DNA from: Raillietiella orientalis
Lineage: Eukaryota
Length of the DNA: 64,000 nt
Reading direction: 5' to 3'
NCBI GenBank assembly: GCA_036172245.1
Contig: JAYWIR010000009.1
Span: 4,650,001-4,714,000, forward strand
Position 1 is the stretch's first letter. The number at the start of each line of letters is the position of its first letter. The notes beneath the pieces are model-generated. The model made no database searches, had not been told where the DNA came from, and saw nothing but the letters and a program-made list of their open reading frames with translations. The position numbers and the translations under genes were made by a program. Shown one piece after another: positions 11,201 through 23,750 of the stretch.

Positions 11201-14200
11201 GAAAGAAGGGTATGGTTGCCTCGGGGCACGATGGGTTTTCGACCAGCCTTGCGGGCCGGTGGCGGGCGCAGCTACTGCCCCGAACCGCAGTACGATGGCA
11301 GCGATGTGGTCGGTCCCCGGCCGGAGGCGGCGAGATGGGACGGTGCCAGATGGGGGACGACGGGGAGTGGTGGGCGAAGGGCGGCCCCAGAAACGTTCTG
11401 GGAGGCGTCAGCACGTCCGCGACCTGCGCGCGCGGAACAGTGGTCCCTGGAACCCTCCTCCTTCCCAGGTCCACCGAACTGAAGGATGAGGTCTCCAGCC
11501 TTCTTCCTGGAGCGAGGCCAAGCGAGAGCTTGACCGGGGTGCGCGGGCTCCCTTGCATAGCGGAGCCGGTCACCATCGCCTGCCCGGGGGCAGCAGCCAA
11601 TGGTGACCACGGCGAAGAACACGCAGGTTCCGGTCGTGCTGCAGTGAAGCTGAGCGCATGAGCCACCCTTCCACGTGTGCTTCATCCACACATGGGTTCC
11701 TATCTTCGGGAGGAGGAAAAGGAAGGGAGCAAGGAGGAAGAGGGGAGGAGGGAGGAAAGGGGAGGAGAACGAAGGAAGAATAAGAAGAAGCAGGCAACGA
11801 GAGGTGTCAGCGTGCTCGATTTGCTCAACAGACTGGCTGTGTTCCCGTTAAACTCGCATCGGAATTCGGAATCGCTCCTTCCCGGATTGAACTCGCGTCC
11901 TGATGCGTGAAACGCTTAGGGGCTACTTCCTGTGTCGCATGAGCACAGAGAATGATCGCGGAGGATGGGGAAGAGGAAGTCAGGATATGCACTGTCCCCA
12001 CGAGCGGCATGCGCGCACGCGCTGACCAAACAGATTCTGTCTCCGCTCGGAAAAAGGCCGCCGGACGGGGAATTCCATCCCGAGCACCGTTGCCATCCCT
12101 GTGGGAATGCGCGTGCCTCTCCCTCCACACTAGAATCAACTCGAGTGTTCTTTCCCAAGTAAGAAGCATGGAGCCATCCACTCGAAGGAGTGGGTGGCTC
12201 CATGAACCCTCCTCGTTGGGGCTTCCCTTCTGAACGAGTCGTGCCTCTTGCCGAAGCACCTGAAACTCCATCTCAGAAAGGCGATGAAAGCAGAAATGCC
12301 ACTGCACACACGCACATTGGGTCCATCCACTCCTGGGGAACATTTACAGACATACCCGAAATGAGTGAAGCTTTTCCTCTTGCTGCTCCAAAGGAATGAG
12401 ATGGAGGAGGGAGAGAAGAGAGAAAAAATGCTTTCGGGGAACGGAATAACTGCACAAACTATCTTATTACTGCTTTTTTTTTCTTTTTTTTACAAAGAGC
12501 TAATGTCCAGGTGCTAGCGGATAATGCAAAACGTTTGTGATGAATTTCACGTCGCCTGCAAGACGTTCTCAAAGTGGCATTCCTGCTCTCCACGCCACAG
12601 TGACGCAACAATCCAGAGAGCTCGGGACATGCAGCCAGCGAGAAGAACGTGCGGAAGGACATCCACATGTCGACTTGAACTGTCCTTTAACTGACCTTCC
12701 CCTTTTTTTTTTTTTTTTTATCCTAGCTGCTTCTGAACGTTTCCGGTTTTCCGCAGTTTTGCTGCCACGGCAAAGGCAAAATGCAGATAAAATAGAAGGA
12801 AAAAGACGCAGTGGAAACAACCGGCGCTCGTCACTCACAACTGGTGACTCCGAAAGCATCCCTTTTTTTTTTTTTCAAGATCTTCAGCAACAAAATCCAA
12901 ATTGAAACTTAGCTTGAAAGGAATTGCGTGTTTCCTAGAGCTGGGTTGATAGCCAGCTTGATTTCCTATGCATTTCGTTTCAGTTTGCTGTGTCCAATGG
13001 AGATGTGGTCTTTCGAGACCCAGGATGAACCGGCGCTGGAAGATGCACAGTATCCAACAGACGCTTAACGTGCAGATGCTGTTTTGCATGCCGATCGCAC
13101 TTTGGAGCTTTGCTGGACCAATACACTTTGAAAGAAGAAGACGATCTCCTTCAGAATCAGCATCCTCGTGAATCACAGTTGCTCGTCAGTAGGTTCTGCA
13201 TCACCGGCACACCCTCTTCTTCTCGAGAATACCACCGCACCACTTGAAACCGTTTCATTCCGGTGAGCGAATTTCTTTCTTTCCTTTCGTCTTCAGCTTC
13301 AGACGCAGCTTCCCGCCGTTCCGGAGCTCCCCCAGCAAACAGTTTTTGTTTTCAAGAAGGCATTCATCAGCCTCTGGGGTCTCAGATCAGAGTTTCGCCT
13401 CCTGGAACAGGGGAACCACCAGTGGCTCTCCGGTGGCCGCAGAACCATGGTGTTCCTTCCCGAATTCGGGTGCACTCCCTTAACACTTCGGGTCCACTCC
13501 CCTGAAGTGTGCAGATTCAAGAAGCCCGGACGAACAATGCCCGGCTGAAGACGAAGAAGAAAAGGACGAGAGGGGCCCACACGAGCGGCAGAATCACCTT
13601 GGGGTGCACCGGAAATGTGCCCCTGGCCCCACTCTTCCGTGTAGAACATGGCCTAAAGCCTGCGTTGTACTTCATTTGTCGAATCGGCAGCGGATTTTTT
13701 GCAGACCAGCCGATCTGATCTTCAGAGATTCGAACAATAGAAAATCGAGTTGTGATTTTCTCGTGCAATTTGCTCACTTCTCTTTGAAACCCGATATCGA
13801 GGATCGCATTTCTTCCCGATCGATCCAGCTGCTGGAGCAACGTGGAAGCCGAGTGAAAAAAAATCATCTCTTTCGAAATCCTTCGCTCTCCTGACTTTGT
13901 TTGAAAACAACGGCTGCTGCTGATCTTTGCTCAGGCAAAGAAATGTGTTTACCGTCCGGCTCCGCTTTTATGGACCACGAAACTCTGATCGCCTTGGCAC
14001 GGCAGAAGGATACGCCGGTGGGCCTGGTCATCCGGTCGTGAGAAAGAGACCCCGGTTTATTAGGATGTACATTTCGGGGAAACTGCACTCGTCGGGATTT
14101 CCATCGAGGTCTCTGGAGAGCTTGAAAATTGTGCGAAATGGATGAATTCAGCCGAATCCACGCTTTCCATCACAATCATTCATTATTCCTCGCATCATTA

Positions 14201-17200
14201 TTTGATGTTTGGTTCGCATTTTCCAGTTGCTGGCGGACGTGTTGCTGTCGTCTTTGTACACGACATTCTCAGATTTCGTTCTGAGACCACATAGCAAGCG
14301 CGTCTATTTCCCCATCTATTGCTGAATTTCGGAGAAACTTTAAGACACCAAGTGGATGTCTGCCACTTGCAGTTCATCATTGCCGATGGACCTTCTTGTG
14401 TCTCACGGGCTGCATCGATGGGCATTCTTCCCCCCCCCCCCTTTCTGTTCTGCTCGCATGAATCCAAATGTCGATGGATGCTGCAAATAGTCGATCCTGG
14501 CGTCGAACTTCTTGGCATCGCGTTTGGCATTTTCCAAAACACGCAAAACACAGTCCTGAGAGGTCCTGCATGTGAAAATCCAGGCTAAACACCATTCGTT
14601 TCGTGAACACGAGCCGTGCACTCGCCATCCATAAAATGTTGGACGCTCAGATTTCAAAATGTTTCGAAAACTGGAAAGTTTCCGGCCCGACACTTCGTTT
14701 CCGTAGACATTCTTTCTGTTCCTCAATCGTTTGGTCCTGGCGGCTGGTGGACGCTCTTTCGATTTTGGTCACCGGGAAGATTGTCGTCAAACATTTCGTT
14801 TCTTTACGGTGGTCTCTCTCCTGCATCTTGATGTCTCGGGCAAAGAAGTTTGGTAGCACTTTGTGAGCAGAAATGTACGCCTCGAAAGCCCCCTGTAAAG
14901 CCACGTCGTCTTTAAGATAGTATCCATGATTTTCATCGACCAAGTGTCTTTGAAGCACTGTCTCGATTGAAGATAACTATTGGTAGGCTGCTTTTGGCAT
15001 GGGATGCCATCCGGTGCATTGAGGGGGCGCGAGGCACCAAAGGTCACGTTGGATATTCTGAGGTTCGAAAACGCGTATTTTAATCCTACGGATGCTGGAA
15101 AAGCTTCCAGAATGAACAGCGGTAATCAACGTTAATGGTCTTCTTGTGGCTTCGGTGCTTCCGGCACTTATCTTGTTTTCAATTTATTGTGAAAGTGCAA
15201 GCCGGAAAGAATAGGAGGACGGCTGGAAAAAATTTGTTCCTCTATGTTTCCACCTTGTGGCTTATCGCTGCCGGAGAGGCAGAAAGCAATTTTCGTTTTC
15301 CACAAGTAGTCGACGTACGAGAAATGTAAATTTGAATGTGCTTGGAAAGCAAGGAGGCTGGTGATTTACATTGAAGGAGTGATCTTCACCACACTTTCTC
15401 GATAATCTTACTCTTTTCATGCCTTGAGGGAAATTGCAGGTTCCGAAAAATTCCTTTTAAGTATTTTCGCATCTTCACCTACTTGGAACGTACTAAGGTT
15501 TTGCGAGTTCATAAACATAGGCACAGCATGGAACGCAATAAGCTTTCACGTTAGTGTATTTTAGACACTGGTGATTTACAGAGCTACAGGGAGTCGTCGA
15601 TGATTCAGTGCTGATTCACGGGAAGATTAAGATACACAGGCTGCGGAAGAGTTTCATGCGATTCGACAGCCTTGTTTGCTGAGCATGCCCTGGGGCTGTG
15701 ATCGAAAGAACGTAAATAATTGTGATGATTCTACTTGAGGTAAATTATATGAAGTTTCAGTCTTGGGGGCTTACGTGCTCGTATAATTGGAAGGAACAAA
15801 TGAGGATCGAGACGACGGCTGCTTCTTTCTGTTATGGAAGGGTCAGCAGATTTTCCTTTGCAGGTACTCTGTCGGTTAGTGACTGCTCAGTGCCCAGTTG
15901 CCGAATGCAATGCAATTCGCATGCATCCGATGTGCCATCCTCGTTGCACAAATGCAATGGACAGAGAGCATTGGACAGAGAGCTTCCTTTTGGCCATCCA
16001 TGCCGACATGCGTTAGGAATCCCCCATTTGCCAGTCCTACCTGTTGCTGCTTTCCCAGCACCTGAGGCACTGACCAACGCAGATTCAAAAGATCAGTATT
16101 CTTATTATTATGAAAGCATGCAAATTCACGTTCGAGTGGGTTTTGCAGGAACACACTGCCACAAGCAAGGCGTCACACTTGCTTGAATCGTGGGTTCATG
16201 TGCTGGATGCTCGTATGCAAGGATGGTTTGGAATGAGCACCCTGAACATCCTGTTTGTTCGTTGGTTCACCTCAAATAAAGGTTCTGGAATGAGATTTTA
16301 ATTGCCATTCTCAATGACAATTGGAATCCATACTTATTCGGTATCATGATTACTGGAATGTTTTAAAAAATCTGAAGCTGCAAGGATGCCCTTTGCACAT
16401 AGAAAAGGTTATTACTGACGATTTTTTACAGTAATCAGGAAAGGTGAGGTATTGCATAGGTGGAAAACGAAATCCCAATTTCTAAGGTTGATTTTCGGGA
16501 ATGGCTCTTCCGAGCCTTGAAAATGCGTATTCGGTACCTTGAAATAAATGATTTTTGCTCCCAAAGGACAAAAATATCTCTATCAATATACATCGATGGT
16601 CCCAAGAACTGTACAGTGCGCATTCTACATGGTCACCTCTGCTGGGATCGAAATTGAAAAAAATTCATAGGATGTTGCTGATTGTATCGAGATGGGTAGT
16701 CGAAATAAAGAAAAAAAACATCATTTTGGATAATGAAATGAAAGAAACCAAATTGTTGAACAGCAGCAACATGAGCAACTTTAGTAACATTACAAAGAGT
16801 AAAGATGATGATGGGGTATGGTGAATGATGATGATAGGATACAAAATTTATTCAAACTTCTTCCCGTACTCCTCATCTCAGGAGGGAAGAACCTCACGAA
16901 CAGGGAGGCAGACACAGCGAACTTGAATGAGTGGTCAACGGCTCTGCCGATTTTAGAGTTCTGGAACACGGTTGCCCCTCTCATCTCCATTTTCTTCTGC
17001 ACGCTCGTGGGGGTACCCGGATCATGAGCACGATTTTCATCCGTCTTCTCCTTCCGCCCAGCCCGTAATCCCAGGGTCACTTACTACGTTCTCTCTCTCT
17101 CTTGTCACACGGAATGGCATGGCGTTGCGATGGGCGCGTCATGTCTTTTGCTGAAGGTGCTCGGCCACCCATCGCTCCCTCGAAATTCCCCACTCCGTCC

Positions 17201-17359
17201 CAGCCGTTTCCTTGGGCTTTCCTTTCCAGATTTCGTTGGGGACGATGGTCTTCCCCGAGCCTCGCTGTTGCTGTGAGAGCCACGAATGGGGAGCTCCTTC
17301 CATTTCGGGACATTTCGAGATCTCCATCCCGTTTTTAGATGTTTCGGAGGCCGTGTGCT

Positions 17360-18050
17360 TACGGTGGTCTCCGCGCGTGGCACCACCAAGCGTCGTGGGT
17401 TCGAATACTCCGAAAGGAATCGACGCAGTGCGTCGTGGGTTCCGAGTTCCTCCCGCGAGATGACGCTGGTCGGCCACTGTTCATTTGGGTGCGGCGCCGG
17501 TGGCGGTTCAAACCGGATGCCTCCGATGAACGGCCGGGACAATGGGAGTCGATGTCCGGAGTCCTTCCAGGAATCACGGAGTGGGTAGTTCCCCTCCGGT
17601 TGTGAAAGAGAGGACCCCCCATTCCGGGGAGTGCCCCTCCGCGTCGTACTGATGGGGTAGGTGTGTCGCCACCACCTATCCAGAGAGTGCAGAGAAGCGA
17701 ACCGATCCCTTCGGGGAAGCTGCGTCCTTCTGAATTTCGGAAGCGTCCCTTCTGGGTTCTCTTCAGAGGAGGAAAACCAGGAGCGAATCCCTTTCGGGGA
17801 ATCCTTCCGAAGAAGAAATTTCAGGATCGAATACTTTCCGGGTTCCCTTCAGGGAAGAAAAACTGGAGCGGATCCTTCCAAGGGTCTCTTCGGGGAGAAT
17901 AAGGCAGGAGGATTTCCTTCCGGATTCCCCTTCGGAGACAACCAGGGTGGAGGTGATCTCCATTTCCGGGATCCCTCCCCAGACGTGAGAGGAATGGACT
18001 CCGAGTCCTTCCTGGATTCATAGGGCGGACCCCTCCCGGTGTACCCCCCA
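17360..18050 (-). repeat. Dispersed repeat family with coding-like remnant, copy 1 (copy 2 at ~58380-58980)
   Basis: Shares ggtctc..gcgcgtggcacca...ggttcgaatactc...ttcctcccgcgagatgac...cggttcaaaccggatgcc.ccgatga..ggccgggacaatgggagtc...tccttccaggaatca.ggagtg with 58380-58620. Both copies translate on the minus strand to MSRPxIGGIRFEPxPAPHxNE...SVISREEL. Confidence 0.85.
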
Positions 18051-20289
18051 TCCTGAAGAATTACCCAGCCTCGAGCGGCGTGGAACCGCGTCGAAGAACT
18101 GCGAAGACAGAAAAGAAATATTTCCACAGCATGTGGCGATCGCAGGCCTCCACGTTCTCTTTGTCCTCCACGATCTTCGAAATTGCCGGTGTGTCCACGG
18201 CACTTTCACCTTTGTTCCCTCCGCGGTTTCACGTGGAACATCCAACTTTTTAATGGGACAGTCCATGGACTTCCGATGTTTTTCCACATCTTCGACGCGG
18301 CTGGAAAAAGTTGCCTTGGCCGAACGACGGAAAGCTCAAAATGTTTACTGCAACGAGGGCTGCCCATGTCAAAAGTTTCTTTCATCAAAGGTGACTGCAT
18401 CGAGCGTACACTGTACCTGGATTTCTCTAGAATTTCGTGTTTCTCTTGTACATGTGTATTCTTTAAGGATGCTGTTCAGTATGGTTTCGTTTGGAATGGG
18501 TGCAGGATGGGTAGCTTTTTCTCGCTCCCTCTCTCCCGTAGGTGCACCGTGTTCGTAAGTGTACAGAGGATTGCACACTGGTACTTTTGGCATGTTGAGT
18601 GGATTGGTACGAATGCAATTACGCTCTTTGGCTCGCTGTTGGTGACAGGGGATCTTCATCCCGTGAACCGCAGCGGTGCCTTTACTTCACATTCTTCAAC
18701 CTGTTTTGTAATATGTGAGATTGAAATCACTTCCAGGACTTTTGTAGACTTTAGGATTCACAATTTGTTTTTTTCACAAAGCATTTTTTAATGGTGCAAC
18801 TGTCGACATTTGGTTCCAACCCACGCGTTTTACTTAGATGTTTTGTCTAACTTGGATAACTTCAAAATGCTTCGAAATGCATTCAAGCAGTAATATTTCC
18901 TAGCCAGAAGAAAGAAAAAAAAATGATGACGATGCATGTCATCGTGTATGAAGTAATAATTTGGCTACTGGGAGATTGCTTACTGCATAGCTTACCGGCG
19001 AGTAGCCGATTCAAGGTACTCTTGGAAATTCTTCTGCTACTGTATAGCAATTTAAGCCATGCACGAACCCGTAATTTTCTCTCCAGAGATTCCCTCCTTC
19101 GCAACACTTTGCCAGAATTGCCCCGGCACGTAATTGATCATTCAACCGCAAGCAGAAGTGAAAGATGATTGCAATCAGAAATACGAAGGCGGGTGCTGTT
19201 CCGTGCTCCAACACGTACTGTGCTTACTTCCCAAGGAACCGTGTTCACTCCCCAGATGAATGAGAACACGCAGGCACGAAGATGAGACCGTGTTCCCGAA
19301 GCCAAACTGGAACCGGCATTCAGATAGCTCCGTTAGCCGAGGTGCGCTGTTGGGAATCCCCAAGGGAACGTCATGTCATTCCACCCATCTATTTTGCACG
19401 AAACTGTGATGCAAGAGAGATGTCATCCTAGCAGTTACCCTGGAGATCTTCAGTTTTATTTGTTTTTTTTCTTTCTGGTCACAGGGCATTTTGGGTTCTC
19501 TCTCCCTATCACGGCATGGAATGAGTCCAGAGAGAGCACTTAGTATTTAAAGACGCACCGCCCTTAGGAAGAAGCACTTTAATTTAGCCATTTGAATAGC
19601 AAAGATGAAAAAAAAAAAAAAAAAAGAAGCCATTCAGTGGCTTTCTTACGAGTGCGAGAGATACTGTCATCGGAAAACCCACCTAATTCGAGTTGAATGT
19701 TTTTCACTGATTCACGTAATGAAAGTTACTTTGGTGATGGTGAAAGTGCCGGAGATCCGATGTCTTCCGATGGCGGCAGCTGCTTCGCTCAGGAACGGCA
19801 ACTCGGCGATGGCTTTGAGCATGGCAACTGGAGGGGTTTCCGTGTAACCCATGTACACATACTCAGGCCATACGGTTGAAAAGATGCGTATTATTTTGGT
19901 AAACGTACTCTCCATTCTGGTGCATCGGCGCACGGAGATTTCAGTGGGATCACCCTTATGCGAGCATCCCAAACATGTCGTGTATTAGGCTAACATCGGA
20001 ACCGGAAAGTATTTTTGACATGACGCCTATGCGATACCAGATCTCCTCATAAACAGTTATGCAAAATGTTGCAGCGGACTGAGAAGATTTAAGAAGAGTC
20101 AACGAATGCTGCGCAGAGTTGCAGTCTCCTAAGAAGACGGAATCTTTTCTCGCATTTTTTTTCCAAACATTCCTTCTGAGGTTTCCATGGTGAGAAATTG
20201 CTGTCATTGGAAAGTTTGTCCTTCAATGAATACCAGATCAGCTTAGCAAATGATTACGAAGACATAATTATCATGATTATAACGATCCA

Positions 20290-21310
20290 CGTTCCGGCGG
20301 GCACAAAGAACACTTGCCTGAAAAGGCACGCCCGCTGGACGCTGCAGGAGATCGTGCAGTCCCACGACCAGCTTCTGCGGGCTTTGCTTACTCCCCTTGC
20401 TCCAGTGCTGCCCTTTCTTGTCAGCTCTAGGAACAGCAGCGAGCAGGGGAAATGGACCGTGTCCTGCACCATCGACGGCAGGACACAAACGATTCAGGCG
20501 TGGACATCTCGGCAGCTAGCGGACGCTGCGACGCCGAGTGTCCCGCCCAACGGAGTTCGACGCTGGGGCGAGCTACTCGGACTATCTCCGGAGGAGATGA
20601 AGTGGCCCCCAGCGTCCTGGAACAGTGGATCCCTCCCCCTGAAATGGCAGGAAGTGGCATTGCTTGTGTTACTTTGGGGATTGCTTTTCAAAGCACGCCT
20701 GCATCACACCACACGGGGGGCTGTGGATCCCCAGTGCGACCGGTGCGGGGAAAAGGAAACATTCCCCCACCTCCTTATTGAGTGCAATGCCCTCTGCCCT
20801 TTATGGGATCGCCTTGCGGCGATCCTGGACTTGAGCGGATGCGGCCCTAAGGACGTTTTCAGGCGCCTCTTCTGTCGTGACGCCTTGTCCCCGCCCGCTT
20901 GTGTAGCAGTCCTCTGCTGCATTCGAGAAATCGTGGGGGCTTGTAACGCCACCAGAAGAAGGCGTCAGCCAACCGGCAACGCCTTACACTGGACTCGCAT
21001 TTTCGTGCGAAGTGTTTGCAAGTGGCGCCACTTAGGCGCAGACAGGACGCAGCTTGTGAGGATCCTCAACAGGATCTAGAGGACCTCTCCGCGCGCAAAG
21101 TGATCCCTTCCCCACCCTCCCTTCCCCAAAACATTACTGCCCTCCCACGTTTGAACTTTGTGTTTGTTTTTGTTTTTTCTTTCCCAACCCCCGCGCATCG
21201 GAAGGACCTCGCCGGCATAGTGCCGGCAAGCAGCAAGCTGTTTTGGTGTGGTGGACCTTCGGGTTCGCCACGCGACAATTCCATGTATTTTTATTTCCCA
21301 AAAATAAATG
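20290..21310 (+). mobile_element. 5'-truncated non-LTR retrotransposon (L1/Tx1-like), ORF2 C-terminus and 3' UTR
   Basis: Open frame to 21079 with the CCHC motif CDRCGEKETFPHLLIEC preceded by LLWGLLFKARL; followed by a pyrimidine-rich 3' UTR and AATAAA near 21302. Confidence 0.8.
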
Positions 21311-22229
21311 CCCCGGCAAATCCGGATGTGAACGAAGACATAATTACTTTTAACAGCCATGTACTATACTGACGTCTACAGTGGCCAGCTCATGATAGCC
21401 TTTTCCCTGAGCAAGTGTAATGGAGGGAGCGAGGGCATCCGATGTCAAACAAAAGGTGCTCCTGTTGTTTTGTTTTCTTGCATTCCTCCTTCTTTATCTC
21501 CACACGAATTGTCTTAAGCAAATATTAGGTCATGGATTCGGGGAACTTTCCCGACGGTTGCTGGCACGCCGTGTCAGATAGGAGAGAAATAAGAGGCTGC
21601 CGCAAATTTCGCTCGAGGAGCAAAAAGAGGATGCTGTTGTTCCTTTCAGGGTTCGAGCAAGTCTTCTGAGGGTGAGAGCCGTGTGAGGTGTATGGATTCT
21701 TCATTAGACACAGCAACAGGCCGTCGGCCTTCGAGAGAGAGAGAGGGGAAGAGAAAGAGAGGAGCACACCCTGTGACCCTTCCGTCTATTCATGTGTCTC
21801 CCTTGTCTCCTTCTTATGCGGGATGATTTCGACGTGCAAAGCTGAAGGGTCGACATTAACGCTTTCCTCAAGCGCACTAGCGTGAGCGCCGCAAGTTTCA
21901 TCTGGAGGGAAAACGGCGCCATCTTGGATGATGCTTCGGAGTTGCCAGGAGCCCTTCTTCAAGGGATGGCAGAGCAGTCCAGCACTCGTAACTCAGGGAT
22001 TGGGCTTCAAAGCTTTGAACGACACGGACATCACCGTCGGTTTTTACCCGGAGACTCCGGGACGTCTATTTTAAAAAACAAATTGCAAGTGAAAAGGGAA
22101 AAGAACCCATTAAAAACGAGGAATACCAAAAAGAAGAAAAAAAAAATAGAAGTCCAATCGGGATAACCACCGACAAGCAGGTGGTTATCCCGGTTGATCC
22201 CCTTTCCAAAGGTAGGGAGCGGAGGGAGG

Positions 22230-23750
22230 AGGAAATAAATAAATAAAAAAGGACGAGGGAGGGTGGAGACGGGGGTCTTTGGTTGAAGACATTCCTTTCC
22301 TTCTTGAAGAGGCTCTGGACGATGGCGATTTCCTCAGAGACTTCTTCTGGCGGATGAGGCCACCTTGCTGCTGTCCTCATGAGGGCTCCTGCTGCCATGC
22401 TGGTAGCCTCTCTTCGCCGCGAATCGGACTCCAGCACATGGCGGGCTGTCACCATGGCGCGCGGATGCAGTATCCCGTTGCGATCTCAACGCTCTACTTC
22501 AGCCCACCTGTGGTGAAGGAGCGTCGCAGCAAGTCCAACGCGGCGTCCTGCGGTTGTCGGAGCGCCGAAGCGAGCCTCCGCCACAAGTTCTGCAGGGCAC
22601 TGCATTCCAGGACGAGATGCGGGAGCGATTCCATCGTCCCGCACCTCAAACAGTTTGGTGGAGGCAACTCCCCCGGAGAGCAGGTGCCTGAGCGTTTCTG
22701 CACTGGGGATTGCCAGTGCAGAAACAGCAGCACATCCCATTCCCACCGCAGCGGGAACACGATCCACACACAGGGGAGGCATCACGAGTTCTTCTGAGGG
22801 TGCACCAAGCAGTTCACCGGAACAGTCCCTTCTCCCGCAAACGAGTGGCGGTGTTCACCAACTCGCCCTCTGGTCTTGCAACCGTCCAGGAGCTTTTCGA
22901 ATCCTGCAATGCTGCAGGAGAAATCCCGCCCCACAGGTTGACTGCTGTCATTTCTTGCCTTAAAGACAGCGCTGTAGCAAGGGGTGCGACGGCTATCCGG
23001 GACCACTGTGTCCAATCCTGCAAGAGATCTCCCAGAGGTTTGCGCAGATTCTACAGCGATCGCAGTTTCTCTGGGCGCACTTTCAAGGAGGTGACCCAGG
23101 ACTCCAGAGCTTCCAGACTCCAGGCGTTCCAGTTGATGGAGCGGCAGGAGAACCACGGATGGGCTACTAGTAGTGAGGGCAGATGTCTCAGGGGGTAACC
23201 AAATCCGGTCCTACGGCGTAGGTTGCTCTGCAGAAGCGAAAGAAGTCCTGCACTTCGAGCGCTTAACCAGAGGATATGACGTGATGGAACACACCAATGG
23301 GAAGACCACAGTTTCCCACACAGTCGGAACCGCACCTGCAGTCTGATCTTCTGAATGGTCAGAATACTCAAGCCAGTGTTCTAGCGCGGCCCCACTAGGT
23401 CTGACAGTCGCAACAGGGACCTTGCAGCGCCCACAAGGCTTTGAGTAGGAGGTGCTGCTCCCGGATCTTCAACGAATGAGGGGGGGGGGGATCGTCGGCG
23501 CATCCTCCTATTTCTTTTCTGCTTCCGGACCACTCCCCTCTTCGGTGATGATCTTGTTCTCGTACGAATGCTCTCTTCCTTCAGACCGCGGCAATCGCAT
23601 TTGTCTGCATAGAGAATTGGAGTGCAAGGAAGAGGCAGAAGAGAGGAGTTAAAGGAAGAAGACGCCATCTGGTTCAGCGAATCGCTCATGTTCCATGGCT
23701 TCGACGAGAATGATTTGGAATTGATGGGTCGAAAATCCCAGGGATACACG
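22230..23750 (-). mobile_element. Decayed non-LTR retrotransposon (L1/Tx1-like) ORF2 remnant
   Basis: CCHC motif CLRCGTMESLPHLVLEC followed by LQNLWRRL (22494-22769 frame); upstream fragments GFGYP and DFRPIN; frameshifted. Confidence 0.75.

Noticed and set aside
145..12400. Many long overlapping ORFs (150-315 aa) on both strands
   Set aside because: Arg/Pro/Gly/Ser-rich and open in several frames at once, as expected from high GC; only the EndoU exons carry recognisable host-gene motifs.
17395..17412. GGTTCGAATAC as a tRNA T-loop
   Set aside because: No cloverleaf or acceptor stem; lies within a dispersed repeat.
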